From Stegostoma tigrinum (taxonomy: Eukaryota), in contig NC_081397.1 in NCBI RefSeq assembly GCF_030684315.1, forward strand, positions 4,278,001 to 4,342,000: a DNA stretch of 64,000 nt, read 5' to 3'. Each line of letters begins with the position of its first letter. Within the stretch, counting starts at the first letter, position 1. Under the pieces are notes generated by a model, which was not told where the DNA came from, ran no database searches, and was given only the letters and a program-made list of their open reading frames with translations. The translations under genes and the position numbers were made by a program. Shown in pieces: positions 26,490-37,962 of the stretch.

Positions 26490-28430
26490 GAGATGATGGG
26501 AACTGCAGATCCTGGAGAATCCAAGATAAAAGTGTGAAGCTGGATGAACACAGCAGGCCAAGCAGCATCTCAAGAGCACAAAAGCTGACGTTTCGGGCCT
26601 GGACCCTTCAGAGACGGATGGGCAGAGTGTTGTGGAATAAATAGGGAGCAAAGGGGAGGTGGACCAAAGATGGAGAGAAAAGATGATAGGTGGAGAGGAG
26701 AGTATAGGTGGGGAGGTAGGGAGGGGATAGGTCAGTCCAGGGAAGACGGACAGGTCAAGGAGATGGGATGAGGTTACTAGGGAGGAAATGGAGGTGCAGC
26801 TTGAGGTGGAGGGAAGGGATGGGTGAGAGCAAGAACAGGTTAGGGAGACACAGACAGGCTGGGCTGGTTTTGGGATGCAGTGGAGCGAAGGGGAAGAGCT
26901 GGGCTGCTTTTGGGATGCGGTGGGAGAAGGTGAGATTTTGAAGCTGGTCAAGTCCACATTGATATCATTGGGCTGCAGGGTTCTCAAGCGGAATAGGAGT
27001 TGCAGTTCCTGCAACATTCAGGTGGCATCATTGTGGCACTGCAGGAGGCCCATGATGGACATGTCTTCTAAAGAATGGGAGGGGGAGTTAAAATGGTTCA
27101 TGACTGGGAGGTGCAGTTGTTTGTTGCGAACCGAGCAGAGGTGTTCCGCAAAGCGGTCCCCAAGCCTCCGCTTGGTTTCCCCAATGTAGAGCAAGCCACA
27201 TTGGGGACAATGGATCCAGGAAACCACATTGGCAGACGTGCAGGTGAACATCTGCTTAATATGGAAGGTCATCTTGGAGTGTGGGATGGGGGTGAGGGAG
27301 TTGTGTGGGCAAGTGTGGCACTTCCTGCGGTGCAGGGGAAGGTGCCAGGTGTGGTGAGGTTGGAGGGGAGTCTGGAGTGAACAAGGGAGTCACGGAGAGA
27401 GTGGTCTCTCCGGAAGGCAGAGAAGGGTGGGGATGGGAAAAGGTCTTGCGTGGTGGGGTCGGATTGTAGATGGCGGCAGTGCCAGAGGATGATACGTTGT
27501 GTCCAGAGCTTGGTGGGGTGGTGAGAGAGAACGAGGGGGATCCTCTTGGGGCGGTTGTGAGGGATGTGTTGCGGGAAATGCAGGAGACGAGGTCAAGGGC
27601 CTTCTCGACGACTGCAGAGAAAGTTGCGGTCCTTGAAGAACTTGGACATCTGGGATGTGCGGGAGTGGAATGCCTTATCCTGGGAGCAGATGCGGCAGAG
27701 GTGGAGGAATTGGGAGAAGGGAATGGAATTTTTGCACGAGGGTGGGTGGGAGGAGGTGTATTCTAGGTAGCCGTAGGAGTCGGTGGGCTTGAAGTGGACA
27801 TCAGTTTCTCGTTCGTTACCCGAGGGGTCCAGGAAGGTGAGGGATGTGTTGGAGATAGCCCAGGTGAACTTGAGGTTGGGGTGGAAGTTGTTAGTAGAGT
27901 GGATGAACTGTTTGAGCTTCTTGTGGGAGCACAAGGCAACATCGATACCGTCAGTCATCGATATAATGGAGGAAGCGGGGTGGGGGTGGGGCCAGTGTAG
28001 CTGTAAAAGATGGGCTGGTCCATGTATCCTACAAAGAGATAGGAATAGCTTGGGTCCATGTGGGCACCCATGGTCACCCCCTTTGACTGTAGGGAGTGGG
28101 AGGAGTTGAAGGAGAAGATGTGGGTGGTGTTACAGACATAGGTGGGACTTCCTGGACTTGGGGAGGCAGGTGGGTGGGTGTAGAAAAGGGAGTTGAGATA
28201 ATTGGAGATAAAAGTTTGGTGGGACAGGGGCAGAGGCAATGGGTCAACAGGGGCAGTCGGGTTTGTGGATTTTGGGAATGAGGCAGAAACAGTTAATATG
28301 GCGTTGGGGAAAGATGAGGTTGGAGGCTGTTGGCAGGACGTAACCTGAGGGGTTGAGGTTGTGGATGGTCTGGGAGATGATGTTTTGGTGATCAGGGCAG
28401 GGTCATGATCAAGGGGGTGGTAGGAGGAGT
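26490..28430 (-). mobile_element. Penelope-like element (RT plus GIY-YIG plus pLTR), frameshifted
   Basis: QSKGVTMGAHMDPSY, HPNLKFTW, TFLD, FKPTDS and HPPSCKNSIPFSQF (RT), then CPQCGLLYIGETKRRLGDRFAEHL (GIY-YIG). Confidence 0.95.
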
Positions 28431-28749
28431 CTCTCTCTATCCAATTTACATTGAGGAAATGTATTTTGCCTCAAACTGGATACAGTTCCAGTTTGAGTAC
28501 TTTCAACAAAGAGTCACCTGTTAACATTTCAAAGATGTGAATGTTGATGGACTATGAATGATGTTGATTGGAACTAGCGGGATGTCAATTGGCAATGGAA
28601 ACATGAAAAAGAGAAACTTGCCTTTTCTCAGTTGGGATTGGGTGGTTTTTCCCTTGGTCAAGTCTCTGGAAATCGAGCTCAATGTAAGTCTGATTCAATC
28701 CGCTCTGACTATGGGAAAGACATTCTCCATTCTGATCACAGGAACGTGC

Positions 28750-28832
28750 CTGCTGTTCGTTGGAAGCAACTGCGCACACTCGGCTTTGTACCGAGGAAAT
28801 ATTGCATCAACTGGTTTCTTCAAGTATTTTGC
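28750..28832 (-). other. Exon-like cassette, copy B (83 nt, GC donor)
   Basis: Minus strand reads TCTTCTGTCTTCCTCCAG|GCAAAATAC...AACAGCAG|GCACGT. Confidence 0.4.
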
Positions 28833-29045
28833 CTGGAGGAAGACAGAAGATATATCTCTCGTCAATCAACATCAGCCAAATTTGACAATATCAAACAGAT
28901 TAACATATTCAGGTACCAGTTATTAGGATGTTTCTTTTCTTGAACTTCACCTCTCAAAGCAGAACTCCAAAAGTTTGTGATTTTAAATAAGCCTGTTGGA
29001 CCACAACATTGTGTCATGTCCCCCTCCCTCCCCCCATCCCCCTCT

Positions 29046-29073
29046 CTGATGAAGGGTCTAGGCCCGAAACGTC
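29046..29073 (+). ncRNA. Minimal hammerhead ribozyme core 1
   Basis: CTGATGA-AGGGTCTAGGCCC-GAAAC-GTC. Stem I is only about 2 bp. Confidence 0.6.
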
Positions 29074-29366
29074 AGCTTTTGTGCTCCTGAGATGCTGCTT
29101 GGCCTGCTGTGTTCATCCAGCCTCACATTTTATTATCTTGGAATCTCCAGCATCTGCAGTTCCCATTATCTCTGATACTATTTTAACCTCACTGCGAAGC
29201 CTCTTCCAGGGATGCCTAACCTGAAGAAGTTACCCTCCTCCCTCCGGACCAACCTCAGGGAATCTCTCTCCCATTGCAACTCTCTTGTATCTTCTTTGCT
29301 CTCCATCTTCGGTCCGCCTCCCCCTCTCTCCCTATTTATTCCAGTTCCCTCCCCCCATCCCCCTCT

Positions 29367-29394
29367 CTGATGAAGGGTCTAGGCCCGAAACGTC
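29367..29394 (+). ncRNA. Minimal hammerhead ribozyme core 2
   Basis: Identical motif 321 bp downstream of core 1. Confidence 0.6.
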
Positions 29395-29687
29395 AGCTTT
29401 TGTGCTCCTGAGATGCTGCTTGGCCTGCTGTGTTCATCCAGCCTCACATTTTATTATCTTGGAATCTCCAGCATCTGCAGTTCCCATTATCTCTGATACT
29501 ATTTTAACCTCACTGCAAAGCCTCTTCCAGGGATGCCTAACCTGAAGAAGTTACCCTCCTCCCTCCGGACCAACCTCAGGGAATCTCTCTCCCATTGCAA
29601 CTCTCTTGTATCTTCTTTGCTCTCCATCTTCGGTCCGCCTCCCCCTCTCTCCCTATTTATTCCAGTTCCCTCCCCCCATCCCCCTCT

Positions 29688-29715
29688 CTGATGAAGGGTC
29701 TAGGCCCGAAACGTC
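29688..29715 (+). ncRNA. Minimal hammerhead ribozyme core 3
   Basis: Identical motif 321 bp downstream of core 2. Confidence 0.6.
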
Positions 29716-30414
29716 AGCTTTTGTGCTCCTGAGATGCTGCTTGGCCTGCTGTGTTCATCCAGCCTCACATTTTATTACATTGTGTCATGAGAGTTGTGTC
29801 TGATCTTTAAGGGCATCAATTTAAACACAAGTCTGAATCAATTCTTACATCAAGCTGCTTCTTGGCTGAGGATTGTGTTTTTAAATATGTAATTCGACAC
29901 TGAGTGAGATTCAGAAACTGAACAATAATTGCACAGCTCCATCTAAGGTGCTACCTGAAGATGCTGCACCGTTGACACAGCTCATGTTACCAGATCCCAA
30001 CACACTGACTGTTGAAGAGAACAACAGCCGCTATTCCAAATATTTTTCCCGAGACGTATGATCTGTTAACTCCAATCTGCGTCCTTTATAGGTCTTCCAC
30101 TGCGCCCTCCACCATCCCCGGCAACTCGCAACTAACAGCGTAAAACAGCAGCCAAACAGTGAATTTGCAGTGTTTACAAGTCTAAAAGCTACAAGACTGA
30201 CCCCCAGCAGCTTCTTGCCGCTGTGTCTCCCTCAGCAGGCCCACACACAGCCCGAGAAAGGCCTCTCTCTCCCCCTGCCCCCAGGCCGCTCTCTCTCCAA
30301 GTTCCGGGACCAGTTCCTGCCCCGCTCGGCCTCTGACCAACAGCCCCGGGTTCTCCCGGAACTGAGCCCGAATCAATGCCGGTCTCGGAGCCCCCCTCTG
30401 TGTCCCAGACTCAC

Positions 30415-30625
30415 ATCTCGATGCGCTGCCGGAAGGAGCCTGCTGCTCCCTCGCTTCCCTGGGCGCTGGTCTCTCCATTGCGGCCTGTTTCAAACAAACC
30501 TCTTCCACTCACTGAGTAAATGCCCCTCAATGGCAGCGCAGGGGGAGAGCATCACGCATGCGCTCCCCTGGTCATCAAAAAGCAACATTGGGGGCACCGG
30601 GCCAGCCTCACGCATGCGCTGTTAA
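30415..30625 (-). promoter_or_regulatory. CpG-rich promoter with two NRF1-like sites and putative first exon (left copy)
   Basis: GCGCATGCGT at 30554-30563 and 30610-30619 (minus). GCCGCAATGG start context (ATG at 30478). Donor GTGAGT at 30414-30409. Confidence 0.6.
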
Positions 30626-31168
30626 CCCCATTTTTTTTAAAAACCGTTTGCAGGCAGCGCGGACCGGACACGGGATCATTGCCTGATCTGAATGTACCAG
30701 TCAGGAGGGAAGCGCGGGGTTTAATACAGCCCAGGCAAACTGATCAACCGACTGGGTAACCGTGGTTAATCAATCTTATCAAACCCGCCGATTTAAACAA
30801 CTTCTGAGCGATTAATTACAGAATCCCATTTTTTTCGGGGCATGTTTAGTTTGTAATGCAATTGCTGCCTGAAATGTATTTCGCAGGCAAAATGAAGCAA
30901 TAACCGTTAAAACATCGCCAGAGATCGTAGCATCAACATTAGATAAAATATCATTCCTGGAAGGGTTATACTGCAATATGCAACATTAGTGTCTGGGCAG
31001 AATTACAAGCCGTGGGAGGAAATAACCAGATGCAGTTCCAGTGACCCTCCCCACATGATACCATCCTCATTTTCAGTCTCCGCTCTCGGAAATGTGATAT
31101 TTGAGTTAATAGAATCAATTCAAGTTTATGCTCTGTCTGCACTCGGAACCGGGACAGGGATAATTTGA

Positions 31169-31337
31169 CTTAGAGACGGAGCTGCAGATGCTGGACAATC
31201 TGACGTAACAAGGTGTAGTGTTGGATGAACAGAGCGAGCCGAGCAGCATCAGAGGAGCAGGAAGAAGGATCTCGGTCCGAAACGTCAGCTTTCCTGCTCG
31301 GCCTGTTATGTCCAGCCAGCTCTCCACCTTGTTATCT
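31169..31337. mobile_element. Fold-back Penelope pLTR insertion with ~14-bp TSD just 3' of H1
   Basis: Inverted pLTR halves, flanked by CAGGGATAATTTGA (31155-31168) and CAGGGATCATTTGA (31338-31351). Confidence 0.75.
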
Positions 31338-31359
31338 CAGGGATCATTTGATCCGGGCT

Positions 31360-31401
31360 CAGCTCTTTCCTGGAGAGATGTGGGTGGCTCTGAGAAGAGC
31401 C
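31360..31401 (-). terminator. H1 3' stem-loop and histone downstream element
   Basis: Minus strand reads CCAAA-GGCTCTTCTCAGAGCC-ACCCA (31386-31401), then AAAGAGCTG (31368-31360). Confidence 0.95.
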
Positions 31402-31437
31402 TTTGGGTTCAGGTGGTGACACATTACACCGACTGCT

Positions 31438-32076
31438 TCATTTCTTTGCTGCTTTCTTGGTCACTTTCGCTTTGGCCTTCGTCTTCGTTTTCACCGATTT
31501 TGGGGCCGGTTTTGAGGCCTTGGGGCTCTTGGTCTTTTTCACCTTCTTCACGGGAGTCTTTTTCTGAGGCGCTGCTTTCTTCGCCGCTTTCTTTGGCGTT
31601 GCTGCCTTCTTGCCGGCCGCTTTCTTTCCTGTTGCTTTCTTGGCTGGGGATTTCTTCGCTGCCACCTTCTTGGCCGTTGTTTTCTTCACGGCTGCTTTCT
31701 TGGCGGCTGCTGCGGGTCTCGCCTTCTTTCCCACTTTTGCCTTGACCTGATTCTTTGGGAGTTTGAAGGAGCCGGAGACGCCCTGGCCCTTCACCAGAAC
31801 CAGGGAGCCTTTCGCCAGGCACCTCTTGGTAGCCATCCTGATCTGTGCATTCTGCTTCTCCACATTGACCCCGCTTCTCTGCAACGCCTTCTTTATAGCG
31901 GCCAGAGACGTCCCCTTCCGATCGCTGTTCTCCCCGACAATCTTCACAATCCGCTCGCCCAACCCGGGACCGGCTGTTTTTTGCCTGGGGGCCGCCGCCT
32001 TCTTCTTCTTGGGAGTCTTGGGTTTAGTGCTGGCGGAGGCTGGAGGAGCCGTTTCGGCGGCTGCACTGTCGCTCAT
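31438..32076 (-). CDS. H1: Histone H1, replication-dependent, 212 aa
   Basis: Globular domain (DRKGTSLAAIKKAL...VKGQGVSGSFKL), K/A/P-rich tail with SPAK/TPKK/SPK motifs, intronless, with a 3' stem-loop. Confidence 0.97.
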   Translation of the reverse strand: MSDSAAAETAPPASASTKPKTPKKKKAAAPRQKTAGPGLGERIVKIVGENSDRKGTSLAAIKKALQRSGVNVEKQNAQIRMATKRCLAKGSLVLVKGQGVSGSFKLPKNQVKAKVGKKARPAAAAKKAAVKKTTAKKVAAKKSPAKKATGKKAAGKKAATPKKAAKKAAPQKKTPVKKVKKTKSPKASKPAPKSVKTKTKAKAKVTKKAAKK

Positions 32077-32154
32077 GTCGGGAACTCTGCGCTGAATCTC
32101 TCTCTGTCAGACTGAGCTGGGTCAGCGATGAAGCTGCTGGTGGCGGCACTGAGC

Positions 32155-32583
32155 AACTTAAAGGCAGCGAGCGGACGGCGCGGAGACAACCTGCCCTCAG
32201 CTCCCTGCTCCTGCTGCCTCTCTGTGTTTCTCTCTCGGCAGAAACTCTCCAATTCCTCTGCAATTCCGCATCTCCAGAGAGCCAGGTTCGATCGTTCCTG
32301 ACCATGACACGGGAAGGTTTGCGGCCAAAAAGTTTTCACTCGAATTGACGGCTCCGTTGTCGAGTTAAACGCATTTTGCTGCTGCTCTGATCGCGCTCTC
32401 TGAGCTGAGCGCTGGCATTATCCTCACTTTTGGACTGAAATCTTGAAATCAACAAATACACAGCCTTGAATTCTAGCTTTCGGGTTTAGTGGGGGAGCAG
32501 GTGGATAAATGGAATTGAAAATATTTTCGATCTGCACAAGAGAGATTCGGAAATATCATGATATGAGCGGACAGACAAACACA
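32155..32583 (-). promoter_or_regulatory. H1 promoter: TATA-like TTTAAG, H1 (AC) box and upstream TG box
   Basis: Minus-strand AAACACA at 32229-32223, TGTGTTT at 32583-32577 and TTTAAG at ~32162-32157. Confidence 0.75.
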
Positions 32584-32919
32584 GTGACGTTTGACTAACC
32601 CGCCCGCCCGTCTCCCACAGTCTCTCTGATTCAATATTCACATCCACACAGTCACAGGCCAGAAACATCGCCAAATGTAAATATGGAAGGATATCATTTG
32701 TTTTCCTTTCAGCTTTTGCTCGATATCAGGGAGTTAGTTGGAGATTTTCCCCTCAGTAACTCTTAAACTCTCTGAGGCCGGTGTGCTGGAGATTCGCTCT
32801 TCTCCACATTCAGCTGCAAAAGCCAATCATCTGGTTTGAAGTTATATTGATCACCCAGATCAGTTTTTTTTTAATTTTCATTCCGGTGACAAGACTCAAC
32901 ATCGGTTCTGGGAGTAATC

Positions 32920-34722
32920 AGACATAGAAACACATATAATGGCAACTTGGCCTGACCAATCGGCCCTTCAAACCACTCCTCCAACTCATCATGAAAATGG
33001 CAGGTGATCTAACTCAATAGCCTGTGTCCGTTCTTCTCTCATATGGAGTCGCTCAGCAAGGATGCATAACCTTCAGTCCAACCATAACATGCCGAATATA
33101 ATGCCAAACTGAACTAGTTCCACCAGCCTGTCCCTGGCCTGTTTCCTTTCAAACCTGTCATGTTTACCTACTTATCCAAACGCCGTTTCAAGGCTGTATT
33201 TGTAGTCACATGGGCCGTTTACTCAGGAAGTTCATTCCACTTGCAGCCGGCTCTGTGACAATAAAACCCTCGTGTCTTTTGTTTTAATCTCTCTCCTGTC
33301 ACTGTAAAAATGTTCACGCCGCTCCTCAATTCCCCCCATCCCAGGCAAAGGACAACTGCCATTAACTCTGTCTCACCCCCTCATTATTTTATGAACTTCT
33401 ATAAGCTGACTTTCAACATGCCACACTCTAGTGAAAAAAAAACTCCCAGCCTTTCCATCCTTCCTTTATAACTCGAAAACTACATACTCGGCAATTACCG
33501 GTGAGCCTCTTTTGAACCATCTCCACCTTAACACTGTCCTTCCTCTCACTGGCCAACTGGCCTCACCCAATGCCCAGTGTAACGTCAATGTGATTGTCAC
33601 CTCCTAAACTCAAAGGACTCAGCAGTGAAGGAAAGCGTGCCAAACACCTTCTTCACCATCCTGTTGAGGTGTGATGCAGACTGAAAAGAATTCTCGATCC
33701 TTCTGTTCTGCAACACTACCCATTAATTGTACAAGGCCTACCCTTGTATGTTGCACCAAAATGCAAAACCTCACAGTTATCCAGTTGAGTGCCATTTTGC
33801 AGCCCAGCCGATTGGATCACGATCCCTTTGTCATCTCAGAAAACCTTCTCCACTCACTGTGCTACTAACTTTGTCAGCATTCACAAACGTGCTTACCATG
33901 CCTTCTATATTCTGATTCCAATTATTTTTATAAATGACAAACAAAAACAGAGCCAGGACCAATCCCTGTGGAAAGCACTGGTGACAGGACCCTAGTCGAA
34001 AAAAAAACAGCCCTCCACCTTCACTCTCTCTCTATTGCCATTAAGCCAATTATACCTTGATTCCCTTTATTCACAATTGCTACACCCAATAACATTTTGA
34101 AATCATATAGTGAGTTGGATGTGGCTGATTTCTGCGGTAGAGAATTCCAGAGGCATACCATTCTCTGTGTGAAGAAATCTCTCCCTTTCTCAGCCCTAAA
34201 TATCCTATCCCATCTCTGAAAAATGTCACTCACACCGTCAGGAATATTTTTTCCAGCATTTATATTTTTTATGACTGCCAGTGTCTTACAGATTTCTAAG
34301 AAAATCCCTCATCATTCTGAATTTAAGTACACAACAATTCAATCTCTCCTTTCATCCCAGCAATCTGCCCACTAAAACTACCTTTATAGTGACACCATCC
34401 TTCCTCAGATAAGGAGGCCACACCTGCTGTCAATATTCTCAGTGTTGTCTCACAGATGCTCTGTTAAATTGTCACAATTTCTACTTTTCTCCTGTACTCT
34501 AATTCTCTCTCCATGAAGGAAAACATACCTGTTGCCTTTCTCACTGCCTGCCACACCTATATGCCTCATTTCATTGATTGATTTGTGAGGGCACCCAGGT
34601 CTCATTGCAAATTCCACTGTGTCCATTTATCGACGTCCAGAAAATAAAGTGCCTTCCTTTTATTTTGCTACCAATGTGTATAACCTTACATTTATACACA
34701 TTATACCATGCCTTCCTGGGTG
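32920..34722 (-). mobile_element. Two decayed CR1 LINE fragments
   Basis: FFTQRMVCLWNSLP and YKCKVIHIG motifs in minus frames. CR1-type 3' tails. Confidence 0.7.
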
Positions 34723-34724
34723 AA

Positions 34725-35168
34725 ATTGAGGACACAGTAATGGGAAGGGGAGTTGAACTGGTTCGCGTCTGGGAGGTGCATTTGTTTACTGCGAGCAAAG
34801 ATGTTCCATAAAGCAGTCCCCAAGCCTCCGCTTGGTTTCCCCAATGTACAGAAAGCCACACTGTGTACAGCAGATGCAGTCTCCCACATTGGCGGACATC
34901 CAGGTGAACATCTGCTTGATGTGGAAAGTCATCTTGGGGCCTGGGATGGGGGTGAGGGAGGAGGTGTGGGGGCAAGTGTAGCACTTCCTGCGGTTGCAGG
35001 GCAAAGTGCCGGGTGTGGTGGGATTGGACAAGCGAGTCACGGAGAGAGTGGTCTCTCCAGAAGACAGGCAAGGGTTGGGTGGGAAAAATGTCTTTGGAAG
35101 TGGAGTCGGATTGTAGATGGCAGAAGTGTCAGAGGATGACGCGTTGTATCGGAGGTTGGTGGGGTGGT
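34725..35168 (-). mobile_element. Penelope GIY-YIG segment (continues at 36215)
   Basis: CNRRKCYTCPHT...CGFLYIGETKRRLGDCF. Confidence 0.9.
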
Positions 35169-35169
35169 A

Positions 35170-36213
35170 ATGAACATAGAACAATACAGCGCAGAACAGG
35201 CCCTTCGGCCCTCAATATTGCTCCGACTTGCGAACTAATCTAAACCCCTCCCCCTACACTATCCCATCATTGTTCATATGCTTATCCAAGGACTGTTAAA
35301 TGCCCCTAATGTGGCTGAGTTAACTACATTGGCAGGCATGGTGTTCTATGGCCTTACCACTCTCTGAGTAAAGAGCCTGCCTCTGACATCTGTCTTAAAT
35401 CTATCACTCTTCAATTTGTAGCTATGCCCCCTGTACAAACTGAAGTCATCATCCTCGGAAAAAGACTCTCACTATCTAATCCACTGATCATCTTGTATGT
35501 CTCTATTAAATCACCTCTTAGCCTTCTTCTCTCCAATGAGAACAGACCCAAGTCCCTCAGCCGTTCTTCATAGGGCCTGCGCTCCAGACCAGGCATCATC
35601 CTGGTAAATCTCCTTTTCACCTTTTCCAATGCTTCCACATCCTTCCTGTAATGGGGCGACCAGAACTGCACGCAATATTCCAAATGAGGCCGCACGAGCA
35701 TTTTGTACAATTGCATCATGACATCATGACTCCGGAACTCAATCCCTCTCCCAATAAAACCTATCACACAGTAAGCTTTCTTAACAGCAGTATCAACCTG
35801 GGTGGCAACTTTCATGGATCTGTGTATGTGGACACAAGATCCCTCTGCACATCCACACTACCAAGAATCTTTCCATTGATCCAGTATTCTACATTCCTAT
35901 TATTCCTCCCAAAGTCAATCACCTCACATTTAGCCATATTAAACTCCATTTGCCAACTTTCGGCCCAATTCTGCAGTTTATCCAAGTCTCCCTGCAACCT
36001 GCAACATTCTTCCACACTCTCCACCACTCCACCGACTTCAGAGTCATCTGCAAACTTACTAACCCATCCACCAATGACTGCATCCAAGTCATTAATAAAA
36101 ATGACAAACAGCAGTGGTCCCAAAACAGATCTTTGAGGCACACCACTAATGAGCGGGCTCAAGGCTGAATATTTTCCATCAACCACCATTCGTTGCCTTC
36201 TTACAGAAAGCCA
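35170..36213 (-). mobile_element. CR1 LINE 3' portion inserted in Penelope
   Basis: [22 protein letters not shown]...SKFADD, RPHLEYCVQFWSPH and LFSLERRRLRGDLIE. Confidence 0.95.
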
Positions 36214-36214
36214 G

Positions 36215-36878
36215 AGGACTTTGGGATTCGCTTGGGGCAATTACTGTGAGGGCGTGGTGTGAGGGATGAGGTACAGAAAATGCGGGAGACACGGTCAACA
36301 GTGTTCTCGATCGCTGCGGGGGTGGGGGGGAGGGTGGTGATGTTGCGGCCCTTGAAGAACAACGACATCTGGGATGTGCAGGAGTGGATTGCCTCATCCT
36401 GGGAGCAGATGCGGCAGAGGCAAAGGAATTGGGAATAGGGGATGGAATTTTTGCAGGAAGGTGAGTGGGACGAGGTGTATACCTGGTAGCTGCGGGAGTC
36501 GGTGGGCTTGAAATGGACATCGGTTTATAGGTGGTTGCCTGAGATGGAGTCAGAAAGGTCCAGGAAGGTAAGGGATGTGTTGGAGATGGTCCATGTGAAC
36601 TTGAGGTTGGGCTGGAAGGTGTTGGTGAAATGGATGAACTGTTTGAGCTCGTCTTGGGAGCATGAGGTAGCGCCGATACATTCATCAATGTGACGGTAGA
36701 AGAGGTGGGGTTTGGGGCCAGTGTATGTGCGGAAGAGGGACTGTTCTACATATGCCACAAAGAGGCAGGCATAGCTTGGGCCCATTCCTCAGACGACATG
36801 TCCATCCTGGGCATTTTGCAGTGCCATAATGATGCAACCCGTAGGTTGCATGAACATCAATTCGTATTCTGCTGGAGG
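36215..36878 (-). mobile_element. Penelope RT segment plus short inverted piece (36785-36878)
   Basis: MGPSYACLFVAYVEQ...HIDECIG...PNLKFTW. The + strand piece reads SSDDMSILGILQCHNDATRRL. Confidence 0.9.
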
Positions 36879-36879
36879 T

Positions 36880-37086
36880 AACAGCGCATGCGTGAGGTTG
36901 GCCCTGCCCCCATTGTTGCTTTTTGATGACCAGAGGAGCGCATGCGTGAGGCCCTCTCCCTGCGCTTCCATTGAGGGGCATTCACTTAGTGAGTGGAAGA
37001 GGTTTGTTTGAAACAGACCGCAATGGAGAGACCAGCGCCCAGGGAAGCGAGGGAGCAGCAGGCTCCTTCCGGCAGCGCATCGACAT
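36880..37086 (+). promoter_or_regulatory. CpG-rich promoter with two NRF1-like sites and putative first exon (right copy)
   Basis: GCGCATGCGT at 36884-36893 and 36938-36947. ATG at 37023 (MERPAPREAREQQAPSGSAST). Donor GTGAGT at 37087-37092. Inverted copy of 30415-30625. Confidence 0.6.
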
Positions 37087-37880
37087 GTGAGTCTGGGACA
37101 CAGATTGGGCGCTTCGCGACCGGTATTGATTCGGGCTCAGTTCAGGGAGAACCGGGGGCTGTTGGTAAGAGGCCGAACGGAGCAGGAACTGGTCCCGGAA
37201 CTTGGAGAGAGAGAGCGGCCTGGGGGCGGGGAGAGAGAGGCCTTTCTCGGGCTGTGTGTGGGCCTGCTGAGGGAGACACAGCGGCAAGAAGCTGCTGGGG
37301 GTCAGTCTTGTGGTTTTCAAATTCCCAACCACTGATGGAAATTCCTTGTTTGGCTTCTGTTTCATGCTGTTTGTTGACATTGTGCAGTCAAAGTCGAAAC
37401 ACAGACAAGACTGTGGAAATATAAGAACCCTGTAAAGGACATGGATTAGAGTCAATATATTCTACAGTTAGTGCATTGGGATTTGGTAACATGAACTGCG
37501 CAGACATTGCAGTGGCTCTGGGTATCACCTTATGTGGAGCTGTACAATTATCGTTCCATTTCTAGATTTTACTCAATTGCTATTGAAACAGATATATATT
37601 TTTTTAAAAAATCCTCAGACAAGGCGCAGCTGAAAGCTAAAATGGAATCAGACCTGCATTTGAAATGATGACTTTAAAGAAAAGGCAGATGTCTCATGAC
37701 ACTGTCATCATCTCTCAGGTTCTTTTGAAATGACAGACTTTTGGAGCACTGTTGTTCAGAAGAAGTTAAAGAACAGAAACATCCTAATAATTATAAACTG
37801 AGTATTACAGTAATCTTTTTGACATGGTAAAACTTAATTGATGTTGATTTACAGGAGTAAACTCTGCTGTCTTCCCCCAG

Positions 37881-37962
37881 GAAAACACTTGCAGGAACAA
37901 GACAATGTTATGTGTGCTTGGTACGAAGCCAAGGGTGACCAGCTGCTTTGAACAACCAACAG
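37881..37962 (+). other. Exon-like cassette, copy C (82 nt)
   Basis: CTCTGCTGTCTTCCCCCAG|GAAAACAC...ACCAACAG|GTATGT. Confidence 0.5.

Larger units (their letters stand above)
29019..29776 (+). mobile_element. Young tandem array of a 321-bp Penelope pLTR-derived unit (~2.4 copies) with a 13-bp TSD
   Basis: Units are near-identical at a 321-bp period. ACATTGTGTCATG occurs at 29006-29018 and 29777-29789. Confidence 0.92.

Noticed and set aside
26490-28430. Intact or domesticated Penelope RT-endonuclease gene
   Set aside because: Multiple frameshifts and a disrupted catalytic YIDD region. No autonomous TE copy is visible in the window.
29009-29803. Three repeated short ORFs (SDEGSRPETSAF...)
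   Set aside because: Translations of the pLTR tandem unit, which is non-coding.
31218-32095. Alternative-frame and antisense ORFs over H1 (175, 132 and 110 aa)
   Set aside because: Shadow ORFs caused by H1 codon bias.
30182-37424. Unspliced 108-aa and 143-aa ORFs through the twin CpG blocks as full genes
   Set aside because: The frames diverge after about 90 residues and start at GTG. A GTGAGT donor after codon 21 explains the structure better.
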